In this document: piece after piece, positions 28,580 to 38,868 of the stretch
Layout: each line of letters opens with the position of its first letter
Position numbering within the stretch: position 1 is the first letter of the stretch
Sequence record: SRR31156797_117
Strand: one strand, 5' to 3'
Length of the DNA: 47,632 bases
Position numbers and translations under genes: made by a program
The notes under the pieces: model-generated
The model's input: the letters and a program-made list of their open reading frames with translations, nothing else
Database searches by the model: none
What the model was told of the DNA's origin: nothing

Positions 28580-29380
28580 TTAGTAATTTTCGATGTTCAG
28601 TTCAATTTCGTAACCATTGTATTTTCTGACGTTTAACACATTCCCCTGATCAAAAATTAAATATTGACCCCTTATGCCTTGTAAAACGCCATTAAACTCA
28701 GGAATTTTGTCAAGGTTTACGGATTTGACTTTAGCTGGATAAGCTTCTACCGGATATGATATTTGAGTAATTTCTTGTGAATCTGTTGCATATTGCATTA
28801 AGTCTTGTGGAAGATGGGCGACGGCCTCTTTTTTCGAGACCAGCAGGTCGGGTTCGCCATCTTTTTTGTTGGTTAGCATTGCCCGCCAATTAGTCTTGTC
28901 GTTCAGGTGTTGTTTTAGCGCAACTTCCACTTGTCCGGCTAAATTGCGATGGGGTGTTCTGGCTAACTCTATAGCACTATGCGCACCTTGATCAATCCAG
29001 CGTGTAGGTACTTGAGTATGGCGGGTTACGCCCACTTTTAAACCTCCTGAAAGGGCCAAATAAACAACATGCTCTATGAGATCATGCTTTTTGGACCATT
29101 CCATGTCTCGTGAAATGCCAAGGTGTGCCTGGTTTTTTTCAGGGTGAATTACACTGGGATCGGCTTGTGGCAATTTCATATAGCATGGATAGCAATATCC
29201 TTGAAAAAAAGACTTACTGGTTTTCCTGCCACAATTGATACAATGAATTTTACCTGTATAGTTGATGGATATGTTTTTTCCAATTTGATCATTCATTGCA
29301 ATTTGCTCATCGTCAAAAGCTAAGGTGTATTTCACAACCTCTTCAAGGGAGGTTTTCATTTTTAAAAAATGTCCCAGCAT
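28580..29380 (-). CDS. DUF2797 domain-containing protein
   Basis: CINCGR...QGYCYPC, HVVYLA, KVGVTR, TRWIDQGA, GIRGQYLIF. ATG at 29380; track TTG at 29389. Confidence 0.88.
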   Translation of the reverse strand: MLGHFLKMKTSLEEVVKYTLAFDDEQIAMNDQIGKNISINYTGKIHCINCGRKTSKSFFQGYCYPCYMKLPQADPSVIHPEKNQAHLGISRDMEWSKKHDLIEHVVYLALSGGLKVGVTRHTQVPTRWIDQGAHSAIELARTPHRNLAGQVEVALKQHLNDKTNWRAMLTNKKDGEPDLLVSKKEAVAHLPQDLMQYATDSQEITQISYPVEAYPAKVKSVNLDKIPEFNGVLQGIRGQYLIFDQGNVLNVRKYNGYEIELNIENY

Positions 29381-29492
29381 AATTGTCAAATTTGATTTTT
29401 ACGAACTTACCTAATTTGAGCATATTATGCAAGTAGGGAATATTCTTCTAAGATAAATCGATTAAATCATTCATTTTGATGTGAATAAATAC

Positions 29493-29500
29493 TAATTTTG
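29493..29500 (+). promoter_or_regulatory. Bacteroidota -7 promoter element
   Basis: TAATTTTG followed by CCC, 13 nt upstream of the heptose kinase ATG. Confidence 0.55.
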
Positions 29501-29513
29501 CCCTGTTTAAAAT

Positions 29514-30518
29514 ATGATTATGGAAAATATTGAACAGTTATTTGAAGGTATAAAGTCCAAAAAGATATTAGTAATTGGAGATGTAATGATCGATTCTTAC
29601 ATGTGGGGAAAGGTTAATCGAATTTCACCGGAAGCTCCTGTACCGGTAGTATCTATTACCAAAAAGGAAAACCGTTTAGGTGGGGCCGCAAATGTAGGTT
29701 TAAACATTAAAGCAATGGGAGCTGAGCCTATTTTATGTGGAATAATTGGAAATGATGATCAGGGAAATAATTTTCGCAATCTATTACACAAACGTAATAT
29801 GACTGACAAAGGTCTTGTTTCGGTTAATGGAAGACCAACAACAGTAAAAACAAGGGTGATTGCATCTAGTCAGCATTTATTAAGAGTTGATGAGGAGATT
29901 AGTGATTCTGTTCAAAATGACATTGCCCGACAATTTGCGGAACATACAATTGAGCTAATCATAAAAGAGAAACCGCATGTCATTATTTTTGAAGATTACG
30001 ATAAGGGAAATATTACTCCTGAGGTTATTCAAATGGTGGTTGACAAAGCAGTAAGTCTTGACATTCCTGTATTAGTTGATCCTAAAAAACGAAACTTTTT
30101 TGATTATAAAAGAGTGACACTATTCAAACCAAATTTTAAGGAATTGGTTGAAGGCATGAAAATCTCTATTTCAAAAACAGATGCTGAGGCTGTAGCATTT
30201 GCTGCCAGCAGATTGAGAGAACAGTTGGACGCTAAATATGTGATGGTTACCTTGTCTGAAGCAGGCGTTTTATTGACTAATGGGGAATCAGAATTTTCTA
30301 TGCCTGCTCAAAAGCGAGAAATAGCAGATGTATCTGGAGCAGGAGATACTGTAATAAGCGTATTGGCCTGTTGTATGGCCACCAAAATTGATGCTCAAAA
30401 TAGTACAGTTATAGCCAATATTGCAGGAGGGCTAGTTTGTGAAAAGATTGGCGTGGTGCCAATTGATAAAGCTCAATTATTGTTAGAAGTAAAGAAATAT
30501 TATTCAGAAAAAGCATAA
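29514..30518 (+). CDS. rfaE1: D-glycero-beta-D-manno-heptose-7-phosphate kinase (RfaE domain I / HldA, PfkB family)
   Basis: IGDVMID, RISPEAPVPVV, LGGAANV, DYDKG, VDPK, DVSGAGDTV; no fused nucleotidyltransferase domain. Confidence 0.9.
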   Translation: MIMENIEQLFEGIKSKKILVIGDVMIDSYMWGKVNRISPEAPVPVVSITKKENRLGGAANVGLNIKAMGAEPILCGIIGNDDQGNNFRNLLHKRNMTDKGLVSVNGRPTTVKTRVIASSQHLLRVDEEISDSVQNDIARQFAEHTIELIIKEKPHVIIFEDYDKGNITPEVIQMVVDKAVSLDIPVLVDPKKRNFFDYKRVTLFKPNFKELVEGMKISISKTDAEAVAFAASRLREQLDAKYVMVTLSEAGVLLTNGESEFSMPAQKREIADVSGAGDTVISVLACCMATKIDAQNSTVIANIAGGLVCEKIGVVPIDKAQLLLEVKKYYSEKA

Positions 30519-30522
30519 GATC

Positions 30523-32811
30523 ATGAAATTACTCTTATTTACAATTACATTAAGTTTATATACAATTGTAGGTTTTGCTCAAACTCATCGTGATAGCATT
30601 GACGTAGTGAAATATGATATTACACTTGATGCTTCAGATTTTTCAGAATTTATTTTAGAAGGGAATACTGAAATTGTATTCAAACCAGCTCAAAGTGAAC
30701 TTCATACGGTTGCATTTGACTTATATGCATACACAATAGATTCTGTATTTTATAACGGGGCGAAAATTGATAATTTTAATTACAATGATACATTACTTTC
30801 TTTTGATTTGGCCAGTCCAATTTTAAACACACTACTTGACACATGCAGCATATATTATCATGGATATCCTTCAACTGAACCTGGTTATGGCTGGGGTGGT
30901 GTTCATCATGGATCAAATATGATTTTCAATATGGGAGTAGCTATTGAAGATGTTCCTCACGGATTTGGAAGAGGATGGTTTCCATGTATTGATAATTTTA
31001 CGGATAGAGCGTTTTATAATATAAACTTAATTACAAAAGAAACACATAGAGGGATTGGATCCGGGGTTTTAGATGAGGTTGTTGAATACGGCGAAAATAA
31101 AAAGATTTGGAAGTGGGTTTTGAATCAAACATCTCCTACATATCTTGTATCTTTTGCTGTTGGAGAGTTTACATTAAATACAATGAACTATAGTGGTGAG
31201 ACCACAAGTTTTCCGATAGAAATTTATGCAATTGATTCTGACAGCACAGCAGCCGCGTCAACATTTGCGGATGTTTCGGAAATGATTTCACTTTATGAGG
31301 ATTTGTTTGGCCCTTACCATTGGGATAAAGCAGGTTATACAGTAGTGGGTTTCAATTCGGGAGCCATGGAGCATGTTACAAATATTGCATATCCAGATTA
31401 TGCACTATCTACTAGTCAATCAGATCAAACCCTTGTTGCACATGAGCTTTCACACCATTGGTTTGGCAACCTGGTTACTTGCCGCGATGCCGCAGATATG
31501 TGGCTTAACGAAGGGTGGGCGAGTTATTGCGAAGCACTCTATATGGAGCACTTTCATGGAGAAGAAGCCTATTATAATTATGTTTCAGCCAATCACCGTG
31601 ACGTGGTTAGCAGTGCACATGATGCAGACGGAGCATATTGGCCACTGAACCAAATTCCATTAAACTTGACATATTCTACCACAGTTTATGATAAGGGATC
31701 AATGATTGTACATAATCTTAGGCATTATATGGGCGATGAATTATTTTTTCCTGCAGTGCGTCATTATTTGTCATCTTTAAGTGAAAACACAGCTTCATCG
31801 GAAGATCTAAGAGATAAGTTAATGGAATGGTCAGAAATGGATTTAACAGGATTTTTTGACAATTGGGTGTTTAATGGTGGGTTTCCTCAATATACTATTG
31901 ATTCGGTAATATATGGAAATGATGTCACAATTGGGATTTCTCAACAGAGTGTAGGAAGGGACTTTATTGGAGATCAAAATAAAGTTCAGATTAATTTCAT
32001 AGATGGTGATTGGAATGTAGAGAGCAGATGGCTGTTGTTTGATGGAGAATCAGACATTCAGGCGTTTACGTTAGATTTTGAGCCTGTTATGGTTGTTTTA
32101 GATTTGTATAATAAAACTGCTGATGCTGTTTTTGACAATGCTAAAATATTAACGTCAATGAGTAATTACTCTCCAACAGGAACTAATATTACAGTTTATC
32201 CACAGGTGCTTAGTGATTCGGTTTTTATTCATGCCGCCCAAATGTGGAAAGGACCAAAAGATGCAGGTATTGAAAGTAATGGTGTTGAGCCACTCGACAT
32301 GACATACTGGAGAATTTCATATGATGCTGTTGGAGATTTTTCAGCTAGAACAAAATTTAAATATAATACCATTGGACTAGATCATTTAAACCTCACAGAT
32401 GAGGATAGCCTGGTTTTGATTTACAGACCAGATAGTCGCTCATTATGGACCATCCCGGAGCATGCTATTTATGGAAATCAAGGAAGCGGAAGCTTGATGC
32501 TTGAAGAGCTATATCCAGGTGATTATGCCGTGGCCAAGTGGAGAGGCGGAAACGACATTAATGAAATTAAAGAAGCGAAATTACAGGTGTGGCCAAATCC
32601 ATTTATTGAAGGGTGTTATTTTGAGGTTAATCAAGCCAGAGCCGATATTAAGATTTATAATATTCAGGGTCAAATGGTTGACATAATAAAAGTAAAAAGC
32701 ACAACAGATAAATACTATTATGATGCCTCAGAACTAAAAAGTGGTGTATACTTTTACGAAATTGTAGATAAGAAAAGGGTTTTGGGAACAGGCAGAATTA
32801 TTAAAATGTAA
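30523..32811 (+). CDS. M1 family aminopeptidase with T9SS type A C-terminal sorting domain
   Basis: Signal peptide; GAMEH, HELSHHWFGNLVT, WLNEGWASY, VYDKG; C-terminal VWPNP...IYNIQGQ...SGVYF...IIK. Confidence 0.93.
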   Translation: MKLLLFTITLSLYTIVGFAQTHRDSIDVVKYDITLDASDFSEFILEGNTEIVFKPAQSELHTVAFDLYAYTIDSVFYNGAKIDNFNYNDTLLSFDLASPILNTLLDTCSIYYHGYPSTEPGYGWGGVHHGSNMIFNMGVAIEDVPHGFGRGWFPCIDNFTDRAFYNINLITKETHRGIGSGVLDEVVEYGENKKIWKWVLNQTSPTYLVSFAVGEFTLNTMNYSGETTSFPIEIYAIDSDSTAAASTFADVSEMISLYEDLFGPYHWDKAGYTVVGFNSGAMEHVTNIAYPDYALSTSQSDQTLVAHELSHHWFGNLVTCRDAADMWLNEGWASYCEALYMEHFHGEEAYYNYVSANHRDVVSSAHDADGAYWPLNQIPLNLTYSTTVYDKGSMIVHNLRHYMGDELFFPAVRHYLSSLSENTASSEDLRDKLMEWSEMDLTGFFDNWVFNGGFPQYTIDSVIYGNDVTIGISQQSVGRDFIGDQNKVQINFIDGDWNVESRWLLFDGESDIQAFTLDFEPVMVVLDLYNKTADAVFDNAKILTSMSNYSPTGTNITVYPQVLSDSVFIHAAQMWKGPKDAGIESNGVEPLDMTYWRISYDAVGDFSARTKFKYNTIGLDHLNLTDEDSLVLIYRPDSRSLWTIPEHAIYGNQGSGSLMLEELYPGDYAVAKWRGGNDINEIKEAKLQVWPNPFIEGCYFEVNQARADIKIYNIQGQMVDIIKVKSTTDKYYYDASELKSGVYFYEIVDKKRVLGTGRIIKM

Positions 32812-32866
32812 TTCAAGAGCTGGTAAGCGACTATAGATTTCAGAAAGGATAAAAAAGCAAAAAAAA

Positions 32867-33649
32867 ATGAAAATGCTTAAGTATGATGGGAAAATGATTG
32901 CTTATAACCTTGAGGGAGATGGCCCATGTGTTATTCTTCTTCATGGTTATTTAGAATCAAAAGAAGTGTGGGATAGTCTTAAGCCAATTTTGAATGATTA
33001 TACCCTGTTAACGGTTGATCTCCCCGGCCATGGGGACTCTGAGCTTGTTGTTGAAAAACAAACCGTTGAGCAAATGGCTGGCGCGATTAAGGCCATTTTA
33101 GATAAGGAACAGATTAGTTCGGCATTTATTTATGGCCACTCTATGGGAGGGTATGTTGCAGAAGCTTTCGAAAGACAATGGCCTGAAATGGTTAGATCAA
33201 TTGGGCTTATACATTCTACCATTTATGCTGATACCGAGGAAAAAAGAAACAATCGGAAAAGAGAGATTGAGCTTATTAGAAAAGGAAAGAAAGCAATGGT
33301 TGTTTCTAGCATGCTTCCTAATATTGTAGCTAATCAAAATATTGATCGATGCAGAATTGAGGTTGAAGAAATTGTAGATAGAGCGAAAATGTTTGCATCA
33401 AAAGGAATTATTGCTGTTCTAAATGCGATGATGCAAAGACCTCTACATTTAATCAATGATAAAATACCGTTTCATTTAATTGCCGGAGACCAGGACAATT
33501 TTATTCCCATGGATGTGTATAATAAAATGGCTGAAGAAAACCCACATATTCATATGGATGTAATAAAGGATTGTGGACATGCTTCAATAATTGAGTTTCC
33601 CGAGGAAACGGGTAGAATAATCAACAAATTCCTTAGTTCAGTCAATTAA
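32867..33649 (+). CDS. Alpha/beta fold hydrolase
   Basis: LLHGY, VDLPGHGDS, GHSMGG nucleophile elbow, GDQD, CGH. Confidence 0.92.
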   Translation: MKMLKYDGKMIAYNLEGDGPCVILLHGYLESKEVWDSLKPILNDYTLLTVDLPGHGDSELVVEKQTVEQMAGAIKAILDKEQISSAFIYGHSMGGYVAEAFERQWPEMVRSIGLIHSTIYADTEEKRNNRKREIELIRKGKKAMVVSSMLPNIVANQNIDRCRIEVEEIVDRAKMFASKGIIAVLNAMMQRPLHLINDKIPFHLIAGDQDNFIPMDVYNKMAEENPHIHMDVIKDCGHASIIEFPEETGRIINKFLSSVN

Positions 33650-33674
33650 TTGCTATCAATTTCAAAAGGGACAC

Positions 33675-33682
33675 TATCTTTG
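33675..33682 (+). promoter_or_regulatory. Bacteroidota -7 promoter element
   Basis: TATCTTTG(C) 35 nt upstream of the flippase TTG. Confidence 0.55.
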
Positions 33683-33717
33683 CTTAAGGCGATTCTTATA
33701 TAAAATGTAATATTGAA

Positions 33718-35172
33718 TTGAAGAAAAAGTTTATAGAAAGCCTCGGGTTAGTTTTATTGCTAAACTTATTGGTAAAACCATTTTGGATTTTCGGAATTGA
33801 CCGAACCGTGCAGAATGTGGTTGGACCTCATGATTATGGGGTATATTTTGCCTTGTTCAATTTTTCATTGATTCTTAATATTATCCTGGATTTAGGGCTA
33901 ACGAATTATAATAACCGAAATATTTCTCAGCATCAATTTCTTCTCTCTAAGCACTTTTCAAATATTGTAGTTTTAAAGTTTTTGCTTGCCATTGTCTATT
34001 TTATCGTAACAGTCGCAATAGCTTTTGTTTTGGGTTACGATGTGGTCGAAGTTGAAATGCTATTATTCCTGGCGTTTAATCAGTTCTTATTGTCATTTAT
34101 TCTTTATTTGCGCTCTAATTTAGCAGGGCTTCATCTGTTCAAAACAGACAGTTTTATTTCTGTACTTGATAGATTATTGATGATAGCGCTTTGTAGTGTT
34201 TTACTATGGGGAAACATTACAGACAGTAAGTTTCAAATAGAATGGTTTGTTTATGCACAAACAATTGCTTATGGTTTAACAGCAGTAATCGTTTTTATAT
34301 TAGTGGCTGCGAAGGCAGAGTTTTTAAAGCTAAAGTTTGACTTTACATTTTTCAGAGCAATACTTAGAAAAAGCCTTCCTTTTGCTTTACTAATTTTATT
34401 GATGGCATTTTATTATCGAGTTGATTCTGTAATGCTTAATCGGATGTTACCGGAGGGTAATGTGCAGGCAGGTATTTATGCTCAGGGATTTAGGGTGCTG
34501 GATGCAGCCACAATGTTTGCTTTTTTATTTGCTGGATTGCTTCTTCCAATATTTTCCCATATGATCAAGAAAAAGCAAAACATTAATCAAATGGTGGGTC
34601 TTTCGGTCATGCTTTTACTTGTTCCTGTTATTTTATTGGCAGTCACAAGTTATTTCTACCGTTATGAACTAATGGATTTGCTTTATCATCATGATATTTC
34701 AGAATCTTCTCCTGTTTTTGGTATATTGATTTTAGCATTTATTCCTATTGCATCAAGCTATATTTTTGGCACATTGCTTACGGCAAATGGTTCTCTGAAA
34801 GCACTTAACATTATGTCTTTTGGAGGAATGATATTAAACATCATATTAAATTTAATTTTAATTCCTAAATATCAGGCCTTTGGCTCTGCTATCGCAAGTA
34901 TTTTTACACAAGCATTAATAGCCGTAATTCAAATAATTATTTCATATAAAATATTCAATTTCAGGATTAATTATGCTTTAATGATTCGGTTTGCAATATA
35001 CTTAATCATGATTGTTGGAGCATGTTTCTTGGCTGAAAGACTGAATATTCATTGGTTGTATCAGTTCTCATTAATTCTTGTTGGGGGATTCTTATTTGCC
35101 ATTGTTATAAAGCTATTTACAATAAAGGGTTTATATAAAATTTTAAAATACGATGAACCATCAGTTGGTTAA
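33718..35172 (+). CDS. Oligosaccharide flippase (Wzx/MOP family)
   Basis: 484 aa, about 14 TM segments; LNLLVKPFWIFGIDRTVQN, LDLGL, YYRVDSVML, GIYAQGFR; TTG start. Confidence 0.85.
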   Translation: MKKKFIESLGLVLLLNLLVKPFWIFGIDRTVQNVVGPHDYGVYFALFNFSLILNIILDLGLTNYNNRNISQHQFLLSKHFSNIVVLKFLLAIVYFIVTVAIAFVLGYDVVEVEMLLFLAFNQFLLSFILYLRSNLAGLHLFKTDSFISVLDRLLMIALCSVLLWGNITDSKFQIEWFVYAQTIAYGLTAVIVFILVAAKAEFLKLKFDFTFFRAILRKSLPFALLILLMAFYYRVDSVMLNRMLPEGNVQAGIYAQGFRVLDAATMFAFLFAGLLLPIFSHMIKKKQNINQMVGLSVMLLLVPVILLAVTSYFYRYELMDLLYHHDISESSPVFGILILAFIPIASSYIFGTLLTANGSLKALNIMSFGGMILNIILNLILIPKYQAFGSAIASIFTQALIAVIQIIISYKIFNFRINYALMIRFAIYLIMIVGACFLAERLNIHWLYQFSLILVGGFLFAIVIKLFTIKGLYKILKYDEPSVG

Positions 35173-35307
35173 ATCTTTTACACAATCCATTTTAAATAAT
35201 CGTTTCTAATTGTATTTTTTTTAATTTTGAGGTTCAGTGGAGTCTTGTGAGCATATTTTGCTGTAATTCACCACGTTAACTTTTGACAGAAAATAAATTT
35301 TATTTAT

Positions 35308-38300
35308 ATGAATTATAAACGCGCCAATATTTTCGCAGGTTGGTTCGCTTTTCTAGTAGCGGCCATAGTTTATTTATTGACAATTCCCCCAACTACAAGT
35401 TTTTGGGATTGCGGAGAGTTTATTGCTACAGCCTATAAACTGGAAGTTTGTCACTCGCCGGGGTCTCCATTATTTATGATCATTGCTAGATTTTTTACTT
35501 TGTTTTCAATAGAGCCGGCTAATGCTGCCATGATGGTGAATGCTATGTCAGGTATTGCCAGCGCATTTACAATTATGTTTTTGTTTTGGACAATTACCCA
35601 TCTTGCCCAAAAGATATTTATCAAACAAGGTGAATTAACAGATGGACATTATTGGTCAATCTTAGGTGCCGGATTTGTTGGTGCATTTGCATATATGTTT
35701 ACCGATACATTTTGGTTTTCAGCAGTGGAGGGTGAGGTTTATGCTTTGTCATCATTGTTTACAGCGGTGGTTTTCTGGGCTATTTTGAAATGGGAAAATG
35801 TAGCTGATCAACCTTATGCAAACAGGTGGATAATTTTGATTGCCTATTTGATTGGCTTGTCAATTGGCGTTCATTTGCTTAATCTGTTGGCAATTCCTGC
35901 CATTGTGTTTGTATATTATTTTAAGAGATATAAAACTACAAAAGTTGGTGTGCTGGCTGCCGCATTAATATCAGTAGTTATTTTAGGAACTATTATGTAT
36001 GGAATTATTCCATATACAGTGAAAATTGCAGCTTTCTTTGATCGGGTATTTGTGAATTCCTTTGGGTTACCATTTAAATCAGGAGTTCTTGTATTTTCAA
36101 TTTTATTAATAGCTGCTGTAATTTACGGTATTTGGTATACACATAAAAAAGGCAAAGTGGTTTTAAACACCTTAATCTTAGGTGTAACAGTTATTATTAT
36201 TGGATATTCTTCTTATGCCATGACTGTTATTCGATCCAATGCAAATCCGCCAATGGATCAAAACAATCCTGAAGATTTATTCTCATTACTTTCATATTTG
36301 AATCGTGAGCAATACGGTGATCGTCCGCTTATGTATGGTCAATATTATTCTGCTCCGGTTGTGGATAGTGAGGATAAAATTACATATAGGAAGAGTGGGG
36401 ATAAATATGAAAAATATAGTAATGGAATAACCTATATTTATGATGATAGATTTAATACTGTATTGCCAAGAATGTATAGTTCCGATGGTGATCATGTAAA
36501 TGCATATAAGCAGTGGGGAGATATTGAAGGAAAACCCATTAGGGTAGCAGAGGATGATGTGCGTACAAAGCCAACATTTGGTGAAAACATGAAGTTCTTT
36601 GTGAATTATCAAATCGGGTTTATGTATTTTAGATATTTCATGTGGAACTTTGTGGGTAGGCAAAATGATATTCAAGGACATGGAGAACCAGGCAACGGAA
36701 ACTGGATTTCAGGGTTTAACTTTATTGACAAAAGATTGGGAGATCCCGAAGACTTGCCGGACCATCTGGCAAATCATAATGCAAGAAACACCTATTATTT
36801 CTTGCCATTTTTATTAGGGTTAATCGGACTGTTCTATCATTATTCTCGACAGAAAAAGGATTTTTGGGTTGTCATGATGCTTTTTATTCTTACCGGATTA
36901 GCCATTGTAGTTTATTTAAATCAAACACCATATCAGCCACGTGAGCGGGACTATGCATACCCCGGCTCATTTTATGCATTTGCAATTTGGATTGGAATTG
37001 GAGTTTTAGCTTTGGTTGAGCTGTTTAATAAGATTACTAACCAAAAAACAGCAGCTGTGGCAGCCACGGTTATTACCATGGTTGCGGTACCGGGTGTTCT
37101 GGGAAGCGAAAATTGGGATGATCATGACCGGTCTAAAAGACATACTGCACGAGACTTTGCTTATAACTATTTAAATTCTTGTGAGGAAAATGCTGTTCTA
37201 TTTACTAATGGAGATAATGACACCTTCCCATTATGGTATTTGCAGGAAGTTGAAGAAGAAAGAACAGATGTACGTATTATATGCTTGCCATATTTAAGCA
37301 CTGATTGGTATATTGACCAGATGAAGCGTAAAGCATACGAATCTGAACCTGTACCATTTTCAATGGATAATGAAAAATACAAAACAGGTATTAGAGATTA
37401 CTTGATTATTAGAAATAGATCTGATTTATTTCTCAATGAAAGATATGAGATATTTAAATCAGAATTTGAAGGGCAATATGAAGAATTGATGAACAAATTA
37501 TTAGCGACACTTGATCGCAGCAATTTTGTTCAGATGGAAGAATCGACCTATAAAAAGCTTGCGAACAAGGGTGAAATATCACCCATGCAGGCAGCTTCGC
37601 TGGTGAAGAGGTTGAAAGAAGATAATTTGCGCACAAAGTATAAGATTGATAGAAAAAGCATCAACGATGTAGATAAATTAGTTGATAGACTCCTGTCTGA
37701 TCTAGGCAAAAAACCAATGCCATTAAAACAAGCAATGGATTTTGTGGCAAGTGATAATATGAATACCAAGGGTACCGGGTTTGATGGTAAAGCAAGAAAT
37801 TATTTACCTGGAAAAGCATTTGTGATACCGGTTGATAAACAAAAGGTGATTGCCAACGGAACAGTTCAGCCAGAGGATACGGCAGATATTGTTGATCATA
37901 TCATCTTTAATGTCAAAGGCAGAATGGTAGTAAAAAGTGACATGATGATACTTGATTTGTTGGCCAATAATAATTGGGAGCGACCAATTTATTTCTCAAG
38001 TATAGGTCGTGGAACATTTGAAAGCTTAAGTAAATTTGCTCAAAATGAAGGATTTGCATATAGGCTTGTTCCTATCGAAAATAAGTCGAGCTATTTAGGT
38101 AGAATTAATTCAAGATTATTGTATGACAAGTTTTACAATAAATTCATGTACACTAACTTGAATAATGAAGACAATCATTTAGGATGGACAAACAGAAGAA
38201 CCATTGGGGTAGTGGGAATGAGAAGAAATATGGTTAATCTGGCAGAACAGTTGGTTGCAGAAGGACAAAAAGAAAAAGCCATTGCCGCAATGGATAAGTC

Positions 38301-38808
38301 CCTGGAAATATTGTCACTCGAAAGGCACCCATTAGATTATCTTGAATTAGGAATGCTTGATGTGTATTATAATGCAGGCGTTGTAGAAAAAGGAAATGAA
38401 TTAGTGAAGAAAGTTTTTAACCACACGCTTGATGAACTGGATTATTATTTAAAAGACGATCCAATAATTGATATGGGGTATGGTCAAAGTCAGCAAATTG
38501 CAGTGGCTGTTATGCACACAATTTTTAGAACACTACAAGCTCATAAGCAAACGGCAATGATAACAGAGTTAAAACCGATGGTTAAAGAGATGCTTAAAAC
38601 AAAATCAGGGGTTGTAGAAAAAATTGAACAATACAGTGATCGGGATAGACAACTAATGAATATTTTCTTCTCAATTCCTGATTCACGAGTGCAGGATTGG
38701 TTTAAAAGCCTCTCAGATTCGGATCGCCAGTTCATCACAAGATTAAATGAACTAGGTCGTCAGGAAATAAAGATTTTACAATTATATGTATCCTGGATAA
38801 AAGAATAA
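35308..38808 (+). CDS. DUF2723 domain membrane protein (TMEM260-like, GT-C fold)
   Basis: 1166 aa; SFWDCGEF, HSPGSP, SAVEGEVYA, YLNREQYG, PRERDYAY, FTNGDNDTFPLWY; many TM segments plus a soluble C-terminal half. Confidence 0.9.
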   Translation: MNYKRANIFAGWFAFLVAAIVYLLTIPPTTSFWDCGEFIATAYKLEVCHSPGSPLFMIIARFFTLFSIEPANAAMMVNAMSGIASAFTIMFLFWTITHLAQKIFIKQGELTDGHYWSILGAGFVGAFAYMFTDTFWFSAVEGEVYALSSLFTAVVFWAILKWENVADQPYANRWIILIAYLIGLSIGVHLLNLLAIPAIVFVYYFKRYKTTKVGVLAAALISVVILGTIMYGIIPYTVKIAAFFDRVFVNSFGLPFKSGVLVFSILLIAAVIYGIWYTHKKGKVVLNTLILGVTVIIIGYSSYAMTVIRSNANPPMDQNNPEDLFSLLSYLNREQYGDRPLMYGQYYSAPVVDSEDKITYRKSGDKYEKYSNGITYIYDDRFNTVLPRMYSSDGDHVNAYKQWGDIEGKPIRVAEDDVRTKPTFGENMKFFVNYQIGFMYFRYFMWNFVGRQNDIQGHGEPGNGNWISGFNFIDKRLGDPEDLPDHLANHNARNTYYFLPFLLGLIGLFYHYSRQKKDFWVVMMLFILTGLAIVVYLNQTPYQPRERDYAYPGSFYAFAIWIGIGVLALVELFNKITNQKTAAVAATVITMVAVPGVLGSENWDDHDRSKRHTARDFAYNYLNSCEENAVLFTNGDNDTFPLWYLQEVEEERTDVRIICLPYLSTDWYIDQMKRKAYESEPVPFSMDNEKYKTGIRDYLIIRNRSDLFLNERYEIFKSEFEGQYEELMNKLLATLDRSNFVQMEESTYKKLANKGEISPMQAASLVKRLKEDNLRTKYKIDRKSINDVDKLVDRLLSDLGKKPMPLKQAMDFVASDNMNTKGTGFDGKARNYLPGKAFVIPVDKQKVIANGTVQPEDTADIVDHIIFNVKGRMVVKSDMMILDLLANNNWERPIYFSSIGRGTFESLSKFAQNEGFAYRLVPIENKSSYLGRINSRLLYDKFYNKFMYTNLNNEDNHLGWTNRRTIGVVGMRRNMVNLAEQLVAEGQKEKAIAAMDKSLEILSLERHPLDYLELGMLDVYYNAGVVEKGNELVKKVFNHTLDELDYYLKDDPIIDMGYGQSQQIAVAVMHTIFRTLQAHKQTAMITELKPMVKEMLKTKSGVVEKIEQYSDRDRQLMNIFFSIPDSRVQDWFKSLSDSDRQFITRLNELGRQEIKILQLYVSWIKE

Positions 38809-38848
38809 AAAACAAAAACCGGAGTAAAAAAACTCCGGTTTTTGTTTT
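38809..38848. terminator. Bidirectional intrinsic terminator
   Basis: Perfect 17-bp inverted repeat AAAACAAAAACCGGAGT / ACTCCGGTTTTTGTTTT with a 6-nt loop, between convergent genes. Confidence 0.9.
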
Positions 38849-38868
38849 AATGAGCAGCTCAGGTAAAT

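Noticed and set aside
35230-35280. Possible riboswitch or structured leader before DUF2723
   Set aside because: Only 3-4 bp helices could be drawn and no aptamer consensus was recognised; an Rfam search would be needed.
36292-36681. 129-aa antisense ORF, and the other short track ORFs nested in or opposite long genes (e.g. 13984-14310, 25986-26273, 31373-31648)
   Set aside because: Shadow frames of well-supported genes, with no recognisable motifs.
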